Source of the DNA: Octopus vulgaris
Taxonomy: Eukaryota
Length of the DNA stretch: 64,000 nucleotides
Assembly: GCA_951406725.2 (NCBI GenBank)
Contig: OX597825.1
Span: 32,302,001 to 32,366,000, forward strand
Reading direction: 5' to 3'
Shown: positions 56,213 to 64,000 of the stretch, one piece after another
Layout: the number at the start of each line of letters is the position of its first letter
Numbering within the stretch: the stretch's first letter is position 1
Made by a program: the position numbers and the translations under genes
Notes under the pieces: generated by a model
The model's database searches: none
The model's input: only the letters and a program-made list of their open reading frames with translations
Told to the model about the DNA's origin: nothing

Positions 56213-57188
56213 TATCATTGTTCAGTTTTATCTCAAGGTTTCTTGCCAATAGAGAAAGAATCAGTTTCTAACCTAAATTCAAGGCTCCTTCATTGGAATT
56301 TCAACATCAACAACAGTGTAGTTTTGTATGTATGTATGTATGTATGTATGTATGTATGTATGTATGTATGTATGTATGTATGTATGTATGTATGTATGTA
56401 TGTATGTATGTATGTATGTATGTATGTATGTATGTATGTATGTATGTATGTATGTATGTATGAATGTATGTATGAATGTATGTATGTATGTATGTGTGTG
56501 TATGTGTGTATGTGCAGATTTGTGTGTTTTGCTTTATGTATGTATTCTCATGCATATAGTTGCAAATCTAGACATGGTCGTATATACTTAAAGTTTTATT
56601 GATTTTTACATTTCTAGTGATGGACTGGATCTATAATTTTCGAATTAGCTTTCTCCTTTCTGGTTTTGAGAAGCTTAATTTCTCAAGATTGGTATTTAGG
56701 CAGTGTGTTATATATCTCAGGGCCCCAATAATTACAGGTATAAACCTGAATTTGTTATCTGGATAGAGTAACTGCAGATTTCTCAATAGTTCAGCTTAGG
56801 TATTCTATTTTTCGCTGATCTTCAGCTTTATGTTAACATCCGCCGAGCAGCTAATTTCCACAACTGAGCACAGTTTCTCTTCTCATCCCAAATTATTATA
56901 TCAGGTCTGTTGTGCTTACATTTTATTGAGGTCTTCACTGGGACATTCCACAAGTACTCCTTTTTATTACGAGTGGCTATGGCTTCCATCCTACTGTGGG
57001 TTCTTATTTATTTGCCCTCGGAGTTATCTTTCCGACGGATTTCATTATAGAGTGCCCTAGCTACATCATATCTCATTAGTAGATAATACTGTAATGACAT
57101 TTTCGAACATCTGCTTATGATGAAGGTGATGTCTTCAGTGTGAACTCCACAAAGTTTGCATCGGTTGTCACATTTTACTGCTTTCCCT
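56213..57188 (-). mobile_element. RLE-type (R4/Dong/NeSL-like) non-LTR retrotransposon 3' fragment embedded in (TATG)n
   Basis: Minus strand: EDITFIISRCSKMS (degenerate CCHC knuckle), NRPDIIIW, LCSVVEISCSADVNI..KI.EK and ELLRNLQLLYPDNKFRFIPVIIGA (restriction-like endonuclease). Confidence 0.75.
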
Positions 57189-57274
57189 GTATGTATGTAT
57201 GTATGTATGTATGTATGTATGTATGTATGTATGTATGTATGTATGTATGTATGTATGTATGTATGTATCTCTCT

Positions 57275-57334
<60 letters not shown>

Positions 57335-57335
<1 letters not shown>

Positions 57336-58802
57336 AATGCACAGAAATTTCATGTTGGAAAAAATGTTTTCATGAAATAAAATATTTTGCATAGTCGACC
57401 AGTTTCGCTTATGCTAATCATGACTAAGCAGTGAATGATAATGTTAAAATTTCACGCTCTCATTAAAATTGATTTTTATCCCATGTTAGTAGGAGAACAA
57501 ATATTTTGTAAATGAATCGGGAGATAAATATATTTTAGGAGAGGTAGTCAGTGATTGTTATTATTCGAAGTCGAGGAAATAGTTACTCCACTTTTTTTGA
57601 AAATTAAATTGATTATACGTAGATTAAAAAGATATATATTTATGAACTAAAATATTTACATAGTCCAAAATTAGTTATATGCACATATTTGGGCGCTGTT
57701 AATATTTTTCAATAAATGTAGTCTATTTAACTGTTTTTGCAGAAGTTGTCCCATTGCATTAGTTGGTAAATAAGGAAAAAATTTTGAAGTTTCGCTGGAG
57801 ATTTCCTGCACATCTCTCTATGTGTTCGCTTAGTGGTGAGTGTTTATCTTGGGAAGCGGCTTTGTTCCTTATGCAGTGTTGTTCTAATTCTCATTGAATT
57901 CTCATTCTAATTCTCATTCAAATAGACAGTCTTGTTTGCATCATGAACAAGTTACGACGTAGATTTAGTTTTCGGATGCACTGGCAAACTCAATCTTGAT
58001 TTTGAATCTTTGTCCTGGTTTGAACTGGAAAATCGAACCTTCCAGTAGGTTTGAAATGTTCCACGGTTTGTCACCCGCGTTTTTAACTCTTGGTTCCGTT
58101 ACTGCTGGTTATAATTTTGCATCTGTCACTATTCTTTTTAGTGATTTTGGTTGTGTTTCTTTTATAACTTCTAATTACTTGTGTGTAGGGAGAATTTGAG
58201 TCAACTCAGTGTCACAAATGAGCAGAGGAAAGTTTTGAATAACAATGTTATATGCCTCATTGTTTCTAGGGTTGTAGTAGAAATAGCATAGTATTTTTAA
58301 ATCGAGTATTATTTCGTTCTACTTCTCTGTGTCTGGATATCAATTCTCTTGGCATTTTATACCATCATCTATCACTGAAGTTGGATAACGTCGCTCGACT
58401 AGTATGATTATAAGTTCATGAAATCGTAGGTCCTGATTTTTGTTATCAGACACAATTGTGCAACTCTTTTTCGCTAAATTGAAAGGAATGTTTATTTTAA
58501 TGTGTTTCGGGTGGTATGAATTTAATAGTAGGCATTGCTTCGAATTTGTGGGTTTATAATAGATATCGGCTTCAATTTGGTTATCGACGTTTTTTTAAAA
58601 TTAAAATGGGAAGAAATGGAAGTTTCTCTTTGTGTACTCCATTGTGAATTGGATGTTAGCCGTTATACCATTGAGCAGTATTTTAAATTTGAATAGTTTA
58701 TCAATACTTTCATTCCAAAGGATAAAGCAGTCATCCAGATATCTTTTACCGTTCGCTCTTATGTATTGGTAAAAAGGGTATCGATATTTTTGTAGTGATA
58801 CT

Positions 58803-58805
<3 letters not shown>
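57335..58805 (-). mobile_element. Penelope-like element fragment: RT C-terminus, GIY-YIG endonuclease and 3' terminal hammerhead
   Basis: KRYLDDCFILWNE..IQFTME, IEADIYYKPTNSKQCLLLNSYHPKHIKINIPFNLAK, ASEN*IYVVTCS*CKQD and LSEHIERC; degenerate hammerhead at 57389-57430; 5' end truncated at (TA)n. Confidence 0.85.
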
Positions 58806-58855
<50 letters not shown>

Positions 58856-59284
58856 CACAAATATATGTGATTATATGGTCGCTTATCCTCCACTGGTGAT
58901 TACGTAAATAACATAATAAACTTTATGCAAATTACTTTTATACTTTGATTTTTATTTGTTTCTGTCGTCGAAGTGCGACCTTGCTGGAGCATCGATTCAA
59001 AGTAAATAGTTGATCAAATTGAACTGAGTACTTACTTTTTAAACACCGATACTTATGCCGGTTTCTTATTGCCGAACTGCCATGTGAAAGGGGTGCAAAG
59101 ATATCAACATCGATTGTCAAACGGCGCACGCACATATACATATACGAATCAACACCCTCCCCACCCACACACACAGATATATACATAAAATAAGATAGGG
59201 TAGCAAAATTTTAGAAAATTTCGCTACCAGTGGCCTAGCATGTATAAAAAGTCAATAGAGATCATATTTTTTATATATATGTGA

Positions 59285-59580
59285 AAGTGTACATTTAAAC
59301 ACAAAACAGGTGACCCTTAAAGATGAGACACGTGTTATTCTTTATCTAAATTACATGTTAATTGTTTTGGCGTAGCCACTGGTGAAAACTTCGCTTAGCA
59401 AATTATTTTATTTGCTAATTAGAGTTCGAAACCTAGGCATGGCTGTAAAAAACAAGGTAAAAGTTTTATTTTTCATTCCCTTCGAAATTGCTCTTAAATG
59501 TGGTTTTGGACGTTTTGATTGCTCCTTCTAGCATGTAAGGGTGCCTATTAAGGGTCACCTCTTTTGTGTTTAAATGTACA

Positions 59581-59583
<3 letters not shown>
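59285..59583 (+). mobile_element. Foldback mini-element (36-bp inverted repeats) enclosing a degenerate hammerhead
   Basis: Arms 59285-59320 and 59548-59583, TA-rich outside; TAGCCA-CTGGTGA-extended stem II-GAAA-CCTAGG-CA-TGGCTG at 59373-59445. Confidence 0.75.
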
Positions 59584-59633
<50 letters not shown>

Positions 59634-59672
59634 CATATACATGTTCACACACATACACATACACACACACAG

Positions 59673-59739
<67 letters not shown>

Positions 59740-59740
<1 letters not shown>

Positions 59741-60450
59741 GGAATCGTGTCATGCGAGAAGCAATGACTTTGACGCTAGAAATAAACCAGTCGTAGACAG
59801 AGTACGTCAACATAAAAATATCAACAGAGACGAAACAACAGGCGTCCGGGAAACAATCAAATGTTGACAAATTCACTTACTTTGGATCGACTGTAACTGG
59901 TCTCTCTCACAACTGAAACAGTGACATCATATACAGAAGAAGAGCGGCGTGTAGAACAATGTCGCAGCTTCAACACTCCTGGTCGTCTGACATTAGCACA
60001 ATAACGAAGATAAAGATGGACAAAAATATATGTCTTCTGATTTTTACATATGGATGCGAGACATCGGTAATGAATACAAATCGGTAAAGAGCCATGGTGA
60101 GCATTTTCCACACAAGAAACCCGAGGAAAATATATCCGACATCCTATAAGGACCACGTTTCGAATGATACATTGTACCAAATGGTTGAGGGAAAGCAAAT
60201 TAGTACAAGAGTAAAGGAACGCTGACAGAGATGGATTGGTCACTAATTGCGACACCCACCTGATGAATGCTATCAACAAAGCCTGCTGCTTAACACACTA
60301 CAAGGTGGAAAGCGCGACGGGAAACGACCAAGTACATCTTACCACCGTATGATTCGTGCAGACGGTGGGATGTCGCTCAATTAAAATACTCCTAGCGGCT
60401 GCAGATGGAAATGAATGGAAAGCCTTAATAAACTATGTCTGCCAATGACT
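59740..60450 (+). mobile_element. RTE-clade LINE 3' fragment
   Basis: LEINQS, VDKFTYFGS, TYGCET, FHTRNPRKI..SYKDHVSNDTLY, GKRDGKRP and AADGNEWKA motifs. Confidence 0.8.
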
Positions 60451-60751
60451 GACTCTAAACCTTTATAACTTCTGTTATTCGTATTTCTTTGTTGAATGTT
60501 GAATAATAAATATTGATTGATATGAAATAAGGCTTGCGTCAGTTACTGTTGTTGATCATATATCTGCTAGTGTATCCAGGCTAGACCATATTTTTTATGA
60601 GCAGGACTGGCACTTACCCATGCATACAAGTTTCCAGTTTCTATACTACTAATGTTTACATATTTAAGTTTATCTCTACAAATTTCTATAGAATCCAGAG
60701 TCAGCACTGACACTTACGACATTTCCTATCAAAGACAGAAAAAAATAGTTA

Positions 60752-60803
60752 ATGGGTGTATATGCATATTTCGAGTGTTATTGCTCTTTCATCAGCACCA
60801 CAT
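60752..60803 (-). ncRNA. Type I hammerhead ribozyme motif
   Basis: ATGTGGTG-CTGATGA-AA-GAG CAATAACA CTC-GAAA-TATGCATA-TA-CACCCAT; core intact, stem III palindromic. Confidence 0.7.
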
Positions 60804-61020
60804 CCCAGCCTTCAACCATCCACGAACCCATTGCTTGAATATCCACAAAGTTTAGTGGTGTAATACCATTAGAGAGACCAACTTACATATTAAACACACT
60901 CCTAGCAACTTGTACGTAAACATTAATTGCTATCACGGACAGTGTTTCATTTTGCAACCATAATATGCTACCAAATATAGAATATCTGTAGAGATATTCC
61001 ATTCACTTTGGTGAATGGAA

Positions 61021-61214
61021 AAGGCCCGAAATTTTTGGGGAGGGGGCCAGTCGATTAGATCGACCTCAGTATGCAACTGGTACTTAATTTATCGATCCCG
61101 AAAGGATGAAAGGCAAAGTCGACCTCGGCGGAATTCGAATTCAGAACGTAAAGATAGATAAAATAGCGCTAAGCGTTTTGCTCGGCCTTCTAACGTCTCT
61201 GCCAGCTCACCGCC
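61021..61214 (-). mobile_element. SINE family A
   Basis: Reverse-complement match to family A with the CTGGCCCCCTCCCCCAAAAATTT tail. Confidence 0.85.
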
Positions 61215-62258
61215 TTACATAAGGCATAATATTGATTTGTAAGCCTTAAATATGCTTAGTATATTAACACTAATGCCACTCTTTTGTCAGGATTCGAACC
61301 TGTTTTCTTAACCGACTCCGAAAGCCAAAGTTGATTTCGGTGAGATTCGGAACAAACACTACGAAACTTTTATCCAAAGTTTCTACCGACTTTGCACATT
61401 CATCACTTTATACTTATTAGTTTATTGATATGTGTTCGTCAATTTAACAATGTATAGAATCAATACACTAATACATGACACTAATGATTGTAGAGAGTTC
61501 ATATTTATGAAATAATGAAAACAAACAACTTCAAAGTATCGCCAAGATCAAGTTTTCACACAGTAACACTATCATAAAATTCAAAAGCAGATATAAGCGT
61601 CATAGGAAAGGTTTAGTAAGAACTTTTAACTTAACAAACAACGTATTAACTTTATAGCAATTCCGGATCGTGTCATCATTCACGGATAAAGAAATTTTTA
61701 TGAGTAACCGCGTTACATGATTCTGTTAAACTTTTGCTGGAAAAATTAACGTGTAAAATGTCGTAGTTGGTACCGAGAATGTTCTTCATGAAATAAGGTA
61801 GGATTATTTGATTCATCAATGCAAGCATACTTGTTTCGATATATCTCGCAGACATTGGACCTCCCTCCTTCGAATCATTCTACAACTGGTTTGTTAATGG
61901 CTTCCAAGATCAAAGGGGAGGTAATTCTAATATTCTTTCTTTTCTTTTCTTTTTCCGCTTTTATTCACTCTTCCACCTTTTGCATCAACCTACTCGTTTT
62001 TTTTTTAATCTCTATTGGTTTCTCATGTGCCAGTGTCTGATTTTCAAATACAACAGATCATGTACTCAGAGCCCAAAGATTATTTGGTGACACGAGCAGC
62101 TCGTGTCTTTATACTGTGTACATTAAATGACACACACACACACACATATACACGCGCGCGCACACACACATGTATACATATATGCGTTTGCATATGTGTG
62201 TAACTGTATGTATAAATTTATGTATATGTATATATATATATACGTGCATAAATATATA

Positions 62259-62364
<106 letters not shown>

Positions 62365-62875
62365 TGTATATGTATATGTATGCGTGTGTCCGTACCGTTT
62401 GATGACAGTTACTCCTGGTCAAAGTTCCATTCACTTTGGTGAGTGGAAATGAAGCACCTTCTACTAGGCGTTATCGATGCATACATACATGCATACACAC
62501 ATATACATATATCCACATCCACACACACATACATATATATACATGTGTGTATGTGTATGTGTGTACGTATTTCAGTGTTCTTGTACGATAGCTACAATTG
62601 CCAAAGTAAACAACACGACTGTTATATTTAAACATTTTAAGTATATTTTCTGATATATTTGAGAGAAAAATCAAATATTTTCTCAATGACTTCTAAGCTT
62701 TGAACATCAAATGTTATAAAATACTATAGAAAGTCTGTGCCGTTATTATTATCATATTTTCATTCATGTCTTTTAGTAGCATTTATTTTGAATAAACTAT
62801 ACTATTGTAATAATGTATTTATAATATAACCTAAATATATATTTATTGTTCTTATTGCAAAGCTATTTCACGCCG

Positions 62876-62975
62876 TTGTTGTTGTTGTTGTTGTTGTTCT
62901 TCTTCTTCTTCTTCTTCTTCTTCTTCTTCTTCTTCTTCTTCTTCTTCTTCTTCTTCTTCTTTTTCTTCTTCTTCT

Positions 62976-63006
<31 letters not shown>

Positions 63007-63016
63007 TCTTCTTCTT

Positions 63017-63078
<62 letters not shown>

Positions 63079-63127
63079 CATCATCATCATTATTATTATT
63101 ATCATTATTATTATTATTATCATTATT
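62876..63127. repeat. Compound trinucleotide array (GTT)n(CTT)n(ATT)n(ATC)n
   Basis: Direct reading of the sequence. Confidence 0.95.
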
Positions 63128-63687
63128 TACACATAGTAGGAACTATCAGTTAAATAGTCTGTATGTGACGATTAAAGTGTTTACTCTATAGAGTGAGTAT
63201 AAATACATTAATAGGTTTATACTAAAATATTGATATATATTTGCCATATATATGCTAGTTTGGTACATTTAGTTTGGTATTTATTGATTTAATAACAATA
63301 AATCACCTCTTTGAAATGGTAACGACAATAATGTAACTAGACGGTGCCGTTTTGAAATTGGAATTTAAAGCTGAATTTATAAACAAATACACATAGGCCC
63401 CTACCCACCCACACGCTATATAAACCCCATACACATAAAAGAGAACATAAGTATGAATTTATACTCATACACATACATAATCATATATACTTATATATAT
63501 ATATACACACACGTATTTACACTCATACACAAATACCTATGTAGTTTCCCGCTGATACATATATATGCATATGTATGTATTCATCCCCGCTGATGAACAC
63601 AGTTTGTCAGAGAAGCTTTTATGCTGGTAAATATGTATATATTTATTTCAGTATATATATGAATCGATTCACCCATCGTTTACATTG

Positions 63688-63727
<40 letters not shown>

Positions 63728-63832
63728 CTCTCTAGTCGATATAATTAGAATAATTGAATTTATTAACTCGGGAAGGCATCATGTGAAGTGAAAATATATA
63801 TTTGTATTTGAGAAATATCTATCTATCTATCT

Positions 63833-64000
63833 GAGGCCTTTCAGCAGCATTTTGCCCGACTGTTCGGGACGAGTGGAGGGCAAGAACGTAGGGTAGACTT
63901 CAGTGCCTACATACATAGCCTGCCACGACTCTCGACAAGAAAGGCAGGGTGCTGCGAAGGTGCCATCACGGCGGCGGAAGTGCGGGAAGCGATGGCAGAA
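63833..64000 (+). mobile_element. Start of a 5'-truncated Tx1/L1-like LINE ORF2 segment, running off the window
   Basis: Abrupt GC-rich open frame EAFQQHFARLFG...FSAYIHSLPRLS....CEGAITAAEVREAM, typical of the EN-RT linker; begins right after (TATC)n. Confidence 0.65.

Overview
AT-rich, microsatellite-dense eukaryotic (animal) DNA. The repeat landscape (tRNA-derived SINEs, very dense TA/CA/TATG/TAA arrays) looks like an octopus-type cephalopod genome, which is an inference. I found no host protein-coding exon I can support, and nearly all listed ORFs are microsatellite translations or transposon debris. Recognisable content: several SINE families (some with clear target-site duplications), decayed CR1/L2-like, RTE, Tx1/L1-like, R4/Dong-like and Penelope-like retroelements, two mariner copies (one full length with TIRs), Tc1/maT-like fragments, a Helitron, a SPIN/Buster-like hAT and several foldback elements. 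The most striking unannotated signal is roughly a dozen type I hammerhead-ribozyme motifs from several unrelated sequence families. Several lie inside short inverted-repeat (foldback) elements anchored in (TA)n, and one at 39360-39436 has a fully canonical core. Also notable: one SINE family shows the same tail-to-head junction at four independent loci, and RLE retroelement remnants sit in specific microsatellites. All structures were read by eye; no folding or database search was run.
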